Notes: generated by a model from the letters alone, not told the origin. A DNA stretch of 63,942 nucleotides, filler included, from Reticulomyxa filosa (GCA_000512085.1; 20 parts of 20 records of this genome joined end to end with filler, not necessarily neighbours in it), one strand, 5' to 3'. Shown: positions 12,931 through 25,862, counted from the first letter of the whole stretch. Program-made: numbers and translations.

Positions 12931-13515
12931 TTAATCGGTCCCAGTGTTTTTCTTCCCTCTTTTGGCAGCAGGTGATTTGACCGACTCCATGTTATTTCCG
13001 ACTTCCAAGAACAGTGCCTCCAAAGACGTGTGAGGAAGGGAGTCTTTGTGAGGTCGGTTGACTTTGAACGGAGTGAGGTCGAGATTGGAAAAAGTGCGAG
13101 TGGCAGAACGAGAGCCATCTGCGGTGAAAGAACGATTCCACACGTCTTCGTGATGATTATGCGTGGCCTGGATCAGCTCCGAGGTTTTATGATTGAACAT
13201 GGGATGCAAGTCCACAGAGGGCTCGCTTTTTTCATCCAATGACAGCTTTGGCTCTCTGCGATACGTATCTGGAGGAGACCTCTCTAACCACCTGCTTTTT
13301 GCTTCGCGAGCGTCGACTTGTATCGGCAATCCCATCAAATCTCCGGTGCTGTCTGCCATGTCCGCAGTGTCGACATCTCCCCAATCGATTAGTAAGTTCT
13401 TGTCCATGTCGCTCGGTCTGCTGGGCTTGCCCATATTCCATTCCATCACGTACGGCGTCTGCACGTCTCCATATATCACCTCCTCCGAGTCTTCGCATAG
13501 AAACTGGAGCTCGGC
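12931..13515 (-). CDS. C-terminal exon of a hypothetical protein
   Basis: GC-richer open frame (~190 aa) that follows a poly-A acceptor region at the contig end. Confidence 0.55.
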   Translation of the reverse strand, partial: AELQFLCEDSEEVIYGDVQTPYVMEWNMGKPSRPSDMDKNLLIDWGDVDTADMADSTGDLMGLPIQVDAREAKSRWLERSPPDTYRREPKLSLDEKSEPSVDLHPMFNHKTSELIQATHNHHEDVWNRSFTADGSRSATRTFSNLDLTPFKVNRPHKDSLPHTSLEALFLEVGNNMESVKSPAAKRGKKNTGTD

Positions 13516-13558
<43 letters not shown>

Positions 13559-14656
13559 NNNNNNNNNNNNNNNNNNNNNNNNNNNNNNNNNNNNNNNNNN
13601 NNTTAATTAATTAANNNNNNNNNNNNNNNNNNNNNNNNNNNNNNNNNNNNNNNNNNNNTTATTTAACGGATTTTGTGTATGTATACGTATGCACTACACT
13701 CCATTCCCCCTTTTCCTCTTGCCTTTGCAAAGCATGATCAAGTTTTAAACGCGCCCCAGAAATATTTTGAAGATAATAAAACAAAGTATTGACAATGTTC
13801 GAAACACTTGCAAGAGAAAAGTTTTTTTTGACAGAAAAGCACTGTATTTTCTTATTTAACAAATTCGGTAATTGCTTGTTCCCTCAACATACATATCCTA
13901 AAATCAGCATGTTTGTTTTTCTCAAAGACACCAAGAATATTTTAAAAGTGATACAGGTTACCTTTTTGGTTTTCAGACACTCTTAAAACTACAAAAAATT
14001 GAAAAACTGTTTTCAAAGTTTTTGTTGAAAACCTTTTTGAAAAACAGCTTGTAATTTGCTTGCCTTACTCGTTTTGGAAAAAAAAGAATAATGCACCAAA
14101 TTGTAATCAAAACTCATTGAGTAATTTCCTTTCTTATTTTCAATATTATTATATAATACCACAGCCATAAATAGATTCTCAATGTGTGCTGGACAAACAT
14201 GAACTCTTCGTTGTGGAGGCTCTAAACAGATTGAGAAAAATAAAAAAAATTGAAATATTGATTGTATTACACAATGTAATGATTATAGTCAACAAGATTT
14301 TTTTGAAAGTGCAGAATGTATTTAATACTATAAAGAAGAAATTTGGTTATTCAAAAAAAATCATTTTTGCTTGAGTGTTTTGATTGTTCCATATTTCGGT
14401 AATCTTGCAAAAAAAAAAAAAAAAGATACTTACTGATGAATTGATTTCATTTTCTTTCAAACAAAACATGACCGTTTCAATAACAAAAGAAAAATTACAT
14501 CATTTTGACATTAATGATTTCTTTAAAAAAAACTAGCACTTGAGCATAAAAATCACTTTATTATCAAACTGATGACATTTATTTTTTTTTGAAATAAAGA
14601 AATCAAAATTGAACTAAGTAAGAAATGTAATCTCTCCAAAAAAAAAAAAAAGCGAA

Positions 14657-14830
14657 AATGGACAATGACAAAAAGTGATGGAAAAACAAATGAAGGAGAA
14701 AATAAACAATATTATCAAATGTTGTTGTTTTGTGAAAAGACAGGATTATTAATTGAATATGATGAAGATAAAAACACTTTTCAATTTCATAAAATTAGCT
14801 GTTTGTGATGATATTACTTCTATTCGCTTT
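14657..14830 (+). pseudogene. Kelch-like family gene fragment
   Basis: YQMLLFCEKTGLLIEYDEDKNTFQFHK...VCDDI resembles the expanded Reticulomyxa kelch-type family. The fragment is truncated. Confidence 0.45.
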
Positions 14831-14949
14831 TCCATTGATACTTATCCTTGAATTTAAAACAAATCAAGACAACAAAGAAGAGGAAATTAATTAATTGTAT
14901 AATCTTTAACAATTGTTTTGGCTCCAAATTATGATAACAAATATAAAAT

Positions 14950-15560
14950 AGTGATAATTGATGAAAGAAAATAAGTTATAAAAAATGAAGGAATTGTTAT
15001 TTGAAGAACTCCTTTACCAAACCTATAATTGTTTGGAGTCAAACACTTTCCAAGAAGTCAACAATGAAAACTTAGAGTTGCAATTGTTTGATATGAGGAA
15101 TAATATATATATTGAATCGAATGAAGCTGTTATGAAAAAATTTGAAAGTAATGAGCCCACATTTAGAATTGTTTGGACTTCGTTTCAACAATCGTTAATA
15201 CTTGCGAGAACAAAAAACAATCAAAAATGCATTGGTAATACTAATTGCTATAAAATGGAATCATTTGAAGATCTTCCAAAAATTTTTATTATTGATGCCG
15301 TAGTGAAAATGAACTTGCAATGCGAGGAAATGAAGCATTATATGAACATAATGACGATGGATTTTTAATTATTTGGTCAACTACAAAAGGACATCGAGTA
15401 GCTGACTTGTCATTTTTGAGTGAATGTATGAAAAATGTTGTCATATAAAAATATAAAAATGATTATCCATTCAAGCAAATGTTGCAAGATATTAGGACAG
15501 AGATTCGTACAAACAAAAGTAGTGAATGGTATTGTGTGTAAAGTCAAGATGACATTACTT
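14950..15560 (+). pseudogene. Caspase-like (peptidase C14) pseudogene
   Basis: LPKIFIIDA immediately before a disrupted (C)R(G/S)E site. Downstream DDGFLIIWSTTKGHRVAD and KQMLQDIRTEIR. Frameshifts and stops are present, and the His-containing segment appears deleted. Confidence 0.7.
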
Positions 15561-16653
15561 TCAGCAAAGGAAGTCTGTGTAAAAATTTGCTTTTTTAAAA
15601 AATAAATGAATGGGTTATTTGGGACTTTTTTTTTGAATTGACATTGTTTGTGTTTTTGTCTACGTTTCAAATGGTTGGAAACATCCAATAGGTTTAATTA
15701 CTTATTTTATTGATAAAATAACTATTCATACATTGAATGTAGGACAAATGCATATCAATTAGTTTAGTCATTATTATATAATCTACAAATAACAAGTATG
15801 AATTTCATAGTGAAATTTTGTTAGTCTACATTAGCAGTCAAAAATGTTTCAGTGTTGTGTTATTTTTGAAAAAATGAAACTTTTGGCCAATGAAATGTAT
15901 ATTTTTGTGAACTTCATTGTATCTCTTTTTCAATTGTCTAATCAGAAACAATGTCATTCTTATATTTTTTCATTTTTTATTTTTCTAATCACTTTTGACC
16001 GAAAATACGCTAAAAAATATTTTCAAAAAAATTTAGGTGCTACCATATTGTGTAGTCACCTTTAGATTTTTCACTAAAGGTAAATTTGGATGAAATAAGG
16101 AATATTCCTGTTTTAGATTATATCAAAGAAAGCAAAGAATAATGAAAGTTTTTTAAGCATTAATTTAGTGCATTTTGTCAATCCAAATTACTCAATGAGT
16201 TTTGATTGCAATTTGGTGCAATTATTTTTTTTTTCCTAATATACACAATTTATTGGCTGTAGTTTTTATCTTCTTTTTTTATATCAACAATAATCTATTC
16301 CATATCAAGAAAATAAAAATTTACATTCATATTTGTATGGAATATCAATAAAAAAGGACTGTATTTATTTATTTAATCCAAGACAAAAAACTTGAAATGA
16401 TTTTTTACAAATTTGCACTCTTTTAAAAAATAAAAATAAAAACTGCACACACAAGTGACAAACATCATCTTGAACTTTTAAAATTTTGAATATTTTGTCG
16501 CAAAGAATGATCAGAAAAAAGCTCTAAATTTCCATCTGTCATTAAAGAATCATNNNNNNNNNNNNNNNNNNNNNNNNNNNNNNNNNNNNNNNNNNNNTTA
16601 ATTAATTAANNNNNNNNNNNNNNNNNNNNNNNNNNNNNNNNNNNNNNNNNNNN

Positions 16654-18110
16654 ATGCCTCGTCGTCGATAGTTCAAATGGTTTTGTATTTTGTCAAAAGA
16701 GTTTGGAGGACGACCTGCTATACATCATTCCCACGACACAACCGATGGTAAGCAATGGGACATAGAACAATGTGAACAGTGTGCCACTGACTTGGATGTT
16801 CAGGGATGGATTGTTGATACAATACGCGGACAGCAGTGGCTCCAGCATCGTGACCTCCGTTACCACTAGAAACAGGATCTCGCCTTTGACATATACATAG
16901 GATCTGGCAATGGACCGAACATAGAAATGCAGCAGATCGTGTCTGGGCTTTCGTATTTTTTCTACGTGAGTGGGCACTTCATTGCGAGCTACGTCTTTGC
17001 TGCTCAAAAAACTTGACAAAATTACATACAAAGTAAGTTATATACATACATATATGTACACACATATATGTATGTATATATGTACATGTATATATAAACT
17101 TTGCAAAAAGCAGCAACAGCAGCAACAAAAAAACAAATGCCAAGCATTGCCCCATCCACGACGTGGTAGTGAAACAGAACGCTTCCAATAGTCGGACCTA
17201 ACAAGAAGCCGATCCCGGAGGCCAGCATATCTAAACTTGGGGGAAGTAGGGCCAAAAGAATATCGAGCACCCACGCACCACACGCACAGCGTGTATTCGC
17301 TGGTCTGATTGTACAGCTCAGCCAGGACAAACTGTGACGCCGACATAATGAACAAGTCCGCAACACTAATGGGACACAGCACCAACATACACTTGCGAGA
17401 CTTGCGCCCCACGTAAAATGACTGCTTCGTATATATCGCGAAAGATCGAGGCCATCAAAATGTAAGCGTACGAGTTGTGAATGATCCCGTGCGAACTCTG
17501 AAATCAGTGACACGGGATACAATATGTTCATTGCCGTGATCGACCACAAAAAAGGCTGCCATGGTGCTATCGATCCTTCGAACTTCACCCATGTGTCTTC
17601 GACCACGTCGCCGTCCTGAAAGCAAGAGGGCAGCGCGTCGTATAGTTCGTCGTATAATCCAAATGACAAGTCTCAATCCCAATCCCAATCCCAATGCCAC
17701 AATGACGGACCAACACGAACGGTGCGGTCTTCTATGAGCGCTGGAGCTAACTTGTCTCCTCTTTTTTTTATTTACAAAAAAAAAGGCATTCAAATGATAT
17801 GTGGTATTCAAATGACATATACATATATATGTATATATATATATATGTATATATGTATACGTCATTTAAATTGTCTCATTAGACTTTAAATACATTCACA
17901 AAGTAATACACACACATACAAATAAAATTGGTTCATATTATATCCTTTTCCAGTAGAAGTGTTAAAAGTGGCGGGAATGTAGGATTTACTAAAATTACTT
18001 TCATTGTCTTCCTCTGTAATGATCGGAAGACCCTTCAATTCAATGTCATTTCCCTTGTCCACTGCCGGCGCTTTTTTAGATTTTTTATTCGATTTCTTAT
18101 TTGGCAAGTC
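16654..18110 (-). CDS. MFS-like membrane transporter (partial, frameshifted)
   Basis: GIGFLLGPTIGSVL resembles MFS motif C. Several hydrophobic segments lie in alternating frames, with introns. Confidence 0.5.
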
Positions 18111-18266
18111 CGGGTTGTCATTATTTCTCCTGTTTTTGTTTTGCTTCCTCGCACAGTTTTTTTTTTNNNNNNNNNNNNNNNNNNNNNNNNNNNNNNNNNN
18201 NNNNNNNNNNTTAATTAATTAANNNNNNNNNNNNNNNNNNNNNNNNNNNNNNNNNNNNNNNNNNNN

Positions 18267-20185
18267 GCGGCAATAAAGAGTTGTCTTGCACATACTGGGG
18301 TGGAGACAAATCCCAATCGTCCATAGCACTGGGACGAGCATGACGATAACGATGTTGATGGCGATGTTGATGGCAATGCTGATGATAATGATGATGGTGA
18401 TGGTGATGATTGCCATCACCACGTATACGCAAGTCGTGGATTTTGCCTCGACTCACGACGACCATGGCAACTGGGGAAGGAGTTTTGCTTATTGAATGCA
18501 TCTTTGTGTCCGTTGTGAGCTGCTGTTTGCTTGGGATCAATATCGCTGGAGGGATGGAAGTTGGCCGTTGAGAGACGACAATTATTTGGTTCTCGTTTTC
18601 TGTTATTCCTTGCGATTATTTGTTTGTTGATATTTGTTTTGTGCTTCAATCCCCTTCTCTGCTTTTCCGTTAGAAACACACATACTCAAAAAAAAAAAAA
18701 AATATATATATATATGTACATATATGTATATATATATTATGTAAAGGAGAAACTTCGCTTGACGCGAACAATAGGCGGTGAGTGAGTAGTTTCACTATAC
18801 GTTGGATGAAGAGAAGTCAAAGAAGGGGGATTTCGAATATTCCTTTTATCACTTGTTGTTATTTCATTTGGGATGGAAACATCGACAGCAGGACGTTGCG
18901 ATGCGCCTGTAAGTCGTTGCGACAGCGGGGCAAACGTTTTTGCCTGTTCAATGGATGGAGGCGAAATGTCTGCATGTGTGATTTCTTTTTCGTCCATTTC
19001 GTTGCTCCATTGCTTCTCCGACTCACGCCAGTCCTCATACCTCGACACCAACTTCACCCATTCGCTTGCCGACAGATATTGGACCTTGCGTTTCCGAATT
19101 ATCGCTTCATTCGATTTTACGGGCGGCGGTCGATGATGCCAATGCACATTACTTTTTTTTAAAAAAAAAATTTTTATTCAAAAAAAAAAAAAACAAAAGA
19201 AGGAGGGGATACAATTTCGAAGTGAACGTTGGAAGGGGGGAAGGGAGGAGAAAGGCACACCTAGATGCAGGTAGACGACAACAAACATCCGAAAAGTTTT
19301 TGAGACAGCCCCTGGAGTAGGGCGACACATATGCAAATAAGTTTCTCATTTGTTCATATGTGGTTTGATTGGTGCTCATCAAAAAGCAGTGATAGAGAAG
19401 CAAGAGAGAAGGAAACCACCCCGCCAAGATGTCCAAGCAGATTAATGCGAATGCATATGGACTGCTACGTATCATCTCTCCCAAAGTCGTGAAGAACTGC
19501 CCCGAGTTTTTGTCATCGTGAAATGCCTCATTCAACAGCCACAAGCACCAAAACCCTAACCAAATGCATAACATACTTAAACATACTAAAAATGCTATAA
19601 AATACGAATAATTTCTTGCTGCGATGCAATTACCGATCCAAGGACAATCTTTTTTTTTCCCCCCCCCCATCCCAAAATACGTCACGTATACACAAATCAC
19701 AATATTATATATTTGTATATGTGTATACGTATATGATTGATGTACATAGAGTATACGTAAATTAATTAAAAGTGCCAAAGAGAGAAGAGAGAAGAGAGAA
19801 GAGAGAAAAATACACATACACACACATAAAAGCTAAACGATGATCAAATTTTTCAACACAATTATCGCAAATAGCACAATGAAAGGATCTCGGAGGTCGA
19901 AAAACATTGCAAGAGAAGCAAAATTTGAGTTGAGCTATATTTCCGCCGATGATAACGTGTTGAATCGAGGGTTTATTGACCTTTGGCGATTGCAAGAGGT
20001 CGAGCTTGGGAGTCAAATCTTGGCAGGAGCTATAATCCTCCGCCTTCTCATAGTCCTGGGGACGAGGGATTATCCCAGGGTCCATCATTCCCGTCACCGT
20101 TAAAAACGATATTGTTGTTACACCCAATAGCAGGCATATGAGCATTGCATACTCATAGCCTTTTTGCCACAATTCCATTCCTACT
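18267..20185 (-). CDS. DHHC zinc-finger palmitoyltransferase (partial)
   Basis: DPGIIPR, KFCFSCNVFRPPRSFHCAICDNCVEKFDH|HCPWIGNCI..RNY and TNQTTYE motifs. Intron 19649-19838 splits the DHHC codons. Confidence 0.95.
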
Positions 20186-20366
20186 TTTTTTTTTTTTTTA
20201 ATAAAAAAAAAAAGTNNNNNNNNNNNNNNNNNNNNNNNNNNNNNNNNNNNNNNNNNNNNTTAATTAATTAANNNNNNNNNNNNNNNNNNNNNNNNNNNNN
20301 NNNNNNNNNNNNNNNAAAAAAAAATTCACAAATCCTCCACCCCCTCACATCAAAGAAAACGTGAAA

Positions 20367-21206
20367 TTATTTGTGCTGTGTTTGAGGTGCGGCGGCTTCA
20401 GCAGGCTTTTCTTGTGGTTTTTCCTGTGCTTGTTTTTGTTTCTTTTGTTTTCTCTCTTCTATTCGCGTTTTCGTTAATTGTCGTCTTCGTTCTCTATCTT
20501 GAGTGAGAGCCTTTTTGGAAATTGTAGCGTATTTATGAAATTTGCTGCCTGGATTTTTGCCGGTCAATGCCGATTTCAAATTGATACTTTGAATTTCTGC
20601 TGGCAATGATACAGTGGACGACAGCACCGCAAATTTTCTTTGAGGGAATTTCTTGATCAATCGCTTTTGCTGTGGAGTTTTCTTAAAACGTAGTTGCTGT
20701 GGCAAGCGTAATCTCTCTCGACGGGTCAATTTTGGTCTCAAATCCAAAGGTAATGATTTCTTGTCACCTTTTGCATACTGCTCCCTGGCCTTTTGCTATT
20801 CACAAAGGACATACTTTTTTTTAAAAAAGATTTATTTATTCAAAAGTCCTTCCCCTCTTTTTTCTTTTGCCATCAACGTTCGCCTCTGTTGCGGATTTGC
20901 GTGGCAGTTTTATGGTTTTACCACCCTTGAATGCAAATAGGAACAAACACAACAACAAAAAAAATTCACACATTATACACGCCACGAAACTCTTGTCACT
21001 TGGGTTAAAATTGTCAAAATTCGAGCAATATTTTTACGCAATGTTCGAATTTGTGCAATTTTGGCAGGGGCACCGTCACTTGCTTGTTGCACACGCAATG
21101 TGTGCAATTCCTTCTTCAATTCTTCTAATTTTTGAAGAAGATCTTTTTTAGCTTTGCCTCGCAGCTCTTTCATTTCCTTTGCTTTGAATTTTTTTGTCGT
21201 CGCCAC
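20367..21206 (-). CDS. RPL35: 60S ribosomal protein L35 (uL29) with a C-terminal extension
   Basis: ELRGK.K.DLLQKLEELKKELHTLRV...IRTLRKNIARILT and PLDLRPKLTRRERL...FPQRKFAV. Intron 20796-20990. The start codon is uncertain and possibly split by an upstream intron. Confidence 0.93.
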
Positions 21207-21701
21207 TGTTGTTTTTTAACCGCCCCGTTCGTAATACATAACACGGTTTCAAAAAGCAAATCCCACACATATTGTGATACATAGTTTTGTTTTGACTTTT
21301 TTTTGAACAAAAAAAAGAAATGCAAGCTTTGGTAGCTTTGTTTCAGGAGCGAAAATTCTCAACTCTTAAGCTTTGATTGCAGCTAGAAACGGTTGGCAAC
21401 TAGTACAAAGAATGTTTATGTTAGAGAGAGGGAAAAACAATGAATTGAGTGAACTTTTTGCTTTAAACATAAAACTATTAGATTTTGCAAACACAAGTCT
21501 TTTGCACTTGCAAAGTACCGATTTCAACTCTTCAAATACACAAACAAGCTTCCAACTTGCAGTACTTGAGAAGTTTCTTTTCTCAAGACGTTAAAACCAA
21601 TAAGTTTAAAAAACGTGTGACGTCACCTTGCAGTGTACGGTATTTGTCTAATGTTTAATGCTGAAGCTTATGCTTTGAAAGAAATTAACAAAAACGAACA
21701 A

Positions 21702-22390
21702 ATGAAAGAATCACAACAACAAAGTATTATCGCAATTCCTGGCATAATAACATGGTCACAAGTTTATCGATTGAACCAGGTACTGTTATCAACCAATAAT
21801 TGCATGATTTATTGGTTGATGGATAAAATGAATAAAAAAATGATACAAACAATCAAATCTTAGAGTCAATTTTTATTAATCTCTTACGGTCTTAATAATC
21901 GATTATCACTGTTAAATATCCATTCAACTTCTGCACTTGCCTCATTGGAAAAAACTCCGATCCATTACAAATATGGAGGTAATTATTGCAACATTGATGT
22001 GAACGGTGATTATGCACTTGTCTCTTTAAAAGATGGAAACTTCATTCGGTGGCACTGCGACCAGAAGAATGAATTAACAATGATATCATCCCCAACGTTT
22101 TCGTGCACTGAAAATGGTATCATTAAAAAACAACTTTTTTTTAGTAACCTTTTGTACGTTTTCAAATTGAAAGAGCAATACATTTTCTCATAGGTTACAG
22201 TGACATACGTATCAATCCAAAGGGGAACTCTATTTTTGCCCGAATCAAAGATCAGGTGTATTTATGGTGTTCCAAACCAAATGATACAAAAGGTGAGTGG
22301 TATACTGTTCAAGAGCGCATGATAATGCCTCACTATGATGCAAATTTGAACTCTTCACTCTACAGTCGAACTATTGCTTCAGTAGCAGTT
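21702..22390 (+). CDS. Hypothetical beta-propeller-like protein N-terminus (partial)
   Basis: Exons YALVSLKDGNFIRW and YSDIRINPKGNSIFA, divergent from RPL35. Weakly reminiscent of the Vps18 N-terminus. Confidence 0.35.
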
Positions 22391-22574
22391 AAGAATTTTT
22401 TTTTTATTTTTTTTTTGTATAAAAAAAATTGCATTATCTGTATCGAGTTATCAATTTTTTTTTTTGGGGGGGGGNNNNNNNNNNNNNNNNNNNNNNNNNN
22501 NNNNNNNNNNNNNNNNNNTTAATTAATTAANNNNNNNNNNNNNNNNNNNNNNNNNNNNNNNNNNNNNNNNNNNN

Positions 22575-23267
22575 AAAAAAAAAAAACTTGGTCTTGAGCA
22601 CTGATGTTTTCTACATTATCAATTTCCATTGATTCTCTTTCGTAGAGTTGGGACGAATGCAAGCGTACTTGACAGGACTATATTTTATTATCATGCCAAA
22701 GTGTGACACGTTTTTCAATTCTTTATGTTTTGTTCATTCCGATTTGCAATCTCTTTTTTTTTTCAACCAAAAACGAAACTTGGCAGATTTTACTTTGAAT
22801 AGGATTTTCAAAATTACACTTGGGACAACTTTTCTTCAGTCCGTCACTCTTCAATTGTTCCCCACAAGCTTCACTATACAAATCCCAAAAAAAAAAAAAA
22901 TTTTTTTTTTTATTGGTCACATTTCCTTTCTTCTGTAAAGCGTCTTTTTTTTAAAAAAATTTGGATTGATGCAAAGATTTTTTTTGTACGTATATGCGTT
23001 TGGAAATAGATTTCAAATACCAAATTTCTGCTTCGGAAACATTTATAAAGGTACTATTTGACACAACATTACACGTTGTTGGACAGGAGAGGAAACAACA
23101 GAGCTAAAATATTCCTCTCCTAAAAAAAAACGTCAGAAAGAAGTTACGAGCCAATTTGGACACTTAGGCAGGCCTGGTTTTGCAGTTTCACAAAGTTCAC
23201 AGAAATTATTCTGTGCTAAATTATCGCACGAACAGAAAGGGCATTTCCAGCCTGCTTCAGACGTCAT
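22575..23267 (-). CDS. RanBP2-type zinc-finger protein (5' part)
   Basis: WKCPFCSCDNLAQNNFCELCETAKP matches W-x-C-x2-C-x3-N-x6-C-x2-C. A second finger is SCPKCNFENPIQSKICQ. Confidence 0.75.
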
Positions 23268-23488
23268 TTCGTCACGAAAGCTTGCAAAAAAATTAATTTT
23301 GGGGGCTACACGACGTTGCAAAAGACTCCGGAAAAAATTCTGTTTTACTTTGTCTTAGAGACACAACAAAAAAAAACAGATCAAAATTTTATCACAACAG
23401 TTAAAATAATCTTATTGACGTTTGGTTTCAGTTTTTATCTTAAAAAAAAGACCCCAGTAAGCATCAAAGCTTGATATTAAAAAAAAGG

Positions 23489-24400
23489 ATGGCAGGAAAC
23501 GCCAATATGTATGGTTTCTTAACATTGCTGGGCACAGATGGCAACACTATTAATAAATTGCGTTTGGACCAACAAGAATATATCTTCGGAAGAGACGAGG
23601 CACAGTGTGATTTTATAATAGCTAAAAAAAACGTATCGCGAACGCACGCAAAACTGTGGATAGACAAAAACTCTCAAGTTTGGATATCGAATATTTCGAC
23701 CCGAAATAAGTTGATGAAGAATCATGACCTGCTCGAAATAGGTGACAAGGCGATGGTGTCAAACAATGACTCGATAGTGATTGGCGATCGCACATTTATT
23801 GTTGAGTTGCTGCCAATCAAGCAACAGCAGCAATTGGCGGTAGACAAAAGCACGGCATTGCCAAACAGCAAAAGCGAAAGTGTATGGAACGATGGCACTG
23901 GCAATTACCAAAGCGGAAAAATCAAAAAATTCGGACTTGCAAAAAAAATTAATTCGCCAACCAAAGAACTTGCGATACCCCGTTGCCTGTCAAACTCATG
24001 AAAACAACACCAGAAGAAAATAAAATAAAAAAAAGGGGGGGGGCTTCCTTTGTTATGTGTGATGATAATAATCCTCATCATCAGCATAGTGATATCACAA
24101 TAAAAGCAAATCGAAATCCAATTGCAACAATGATTACACTTACAGCAACGATGACAATGCTGACAATGACAAATATGAAAACGGTTGTCCAAGGATGCAA
24201 AGAAATGTTTCAACAATTGGCCGATTCTTTGCAAAAGGTTTTTTTTTTTTCATTTATACAATATACATTATATATGTATATAATGTAATGTATGTCTCTG
24301 TGAAGGTGTCACCAAATAAAGTAGCGAAAATAATCGCCGAAAAAGTATTTTATGGGATGGCTCAATTAAAAAAGTCTTCTCATGACGATTGAGCCAAAAC
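23489..24400 (+). CDS. N-terminal FHA-domain protein (Ki-67-like FHA)
   Basis: FGR...CDFII...VSRTHA...NISTRN...DSIVIGDRTF FHA signature. The downstream frame is disrupted. Confidence 0.8.
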
Positions 24401-24540
24401 AAAAAAAGGAACTTGTGACAAAAAAAAAAAAAAGTGCTAGTGGTACTGTGACAAAAGATTGATATTTCCATAAGAGATTCTAGTTTTTTAATTATTATTA
24501 GATCAATAGATGATCACTATCTTTGCAATCCTCATCATAC

Positions 24541-24757
24541 TGTGGGACGTCAGCTGGAAGAGGTTGTATTAAATGTAATACGAAAATGGTTTTGCTCAAG
24601 AAACCAATGTTCGATAAAACCAAAGTGAATTAAATAAAAGAAAGATGAATAACTCAACAAAAGAAGAAACAAAACAACAGAGTAAGTGAAGTTGGTTGCC
24701 CACTTGGGACTCCCAGATTCCTTCAACGTTCATATAGTTATAGGGCCTTGCCCTACA
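24541..24757 (+). mobile_element. Solo-LTR-like element (217 bp) with 4-bp TSD ATAC
   Basis: TGTGGG...CCCTACA termini, ATAC on both sides (24537-24540, 24758-24761), an internal AATAAA, and reverse-complement similarity to 3961-4184. Confidence 0.75.
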
Positions 24758-25132
24758 ATACATATCAATTATTATTTATGGCTACACTCATCTTTGTATC
24801 AAATTCAATTGTATTATCTTTGGGTAACAATTATTGAAATTTTTGAAGTAATTGCTCATATTTTTTTGTAATTACTCATGTGATCTTCCAATTTTTGCTC
24901 TTTTCTTTGGTAATGTTCCTTCATTTTATTAAGTTCTATTTCGTACAAACGTTGCTGGGGTGTGTCTCCGTGATTGATCGGAGTTGTAGTGACCATGATA
25001 GAAATAATAGTGGTAAGAATTGTTGATTGTTTTTATATTTAATTAAAGTTGATTGTTCTGACAAGAGACTCCTTTGTTGTTCTTGAAGATTTTTTTTAAA
25101 ATCGAAAAAATTAAATAAATTTGTATTGCAAC

Positions 25133-25337
25133 TGTAGGGAGATTGAGGTCAGTTACTTTGCACCAAACAAGTATAATACCAAAGGAAATAGCTCTTTTGA
25201 GCTAATTTCAAAATAAAACAATTTGATAAAAAGAAAACAAGTGAGTTAGAGTGTTGGTTTTGTAAAAGAGTTTAACTCACTGAAAGTTCCACAGTTCTCT
25301 TGGAACTCTGCTTAACACTGTAGGACTTCATCCTACA
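25133..25337 (+). mobile_element. Probable diverged solo-LTR-like element (205 bp)
   Basis: TGTAGG...CCTACA 6-bp inverted termini, similar size and an internal AATAAA. The flanks (CAAC/TAAT) are not a perfect TSD. Confidence 0.4.
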
Positions 25338-25862
25338 TAATATTGGAATTTTTTAAAAAAAGGGCCGAGTCAGTTCAAAAAAAAAAGGAGTTTTGAAGAT
25401 ATCTTTGAAACTTTAGTTTTGGCCACTTTTATTTGTTGAAACTTACCTTACTGAACATGAAGCTGACAATGACAATAAACTCAAACTTGACAACTTTGAA
25501 GGCTTTGAACTCTTTGACAAGTCGAGCTTGTTTGACTTTTGAAAGAAAACGGTTTGTAACAAAGAAAGATAATGTATCAACATTTGGTAATATTAATATT
25601 ATAACGGAAAAGAAGAATTTAATAATGATAACAATGAAATGCATTATTTATTAGNNNNNNNNNNNNNNNNNNNNNNNNNNNNNNNNNNNNNNNNNNNNTT
25701 AATTAATTAANNNNNNNNNNNNNNNNNNNNNNNNNNNNNNNNNNNNNNNNNNNNTATATATGTTTATATGTATATTAATGTATTGTGTCAATGGACAATC
25801 TATTTCTCCATTTCCATTCGTCTTAGATTAAACACGTATAAAAATAAATAAATAAAAAAAAG

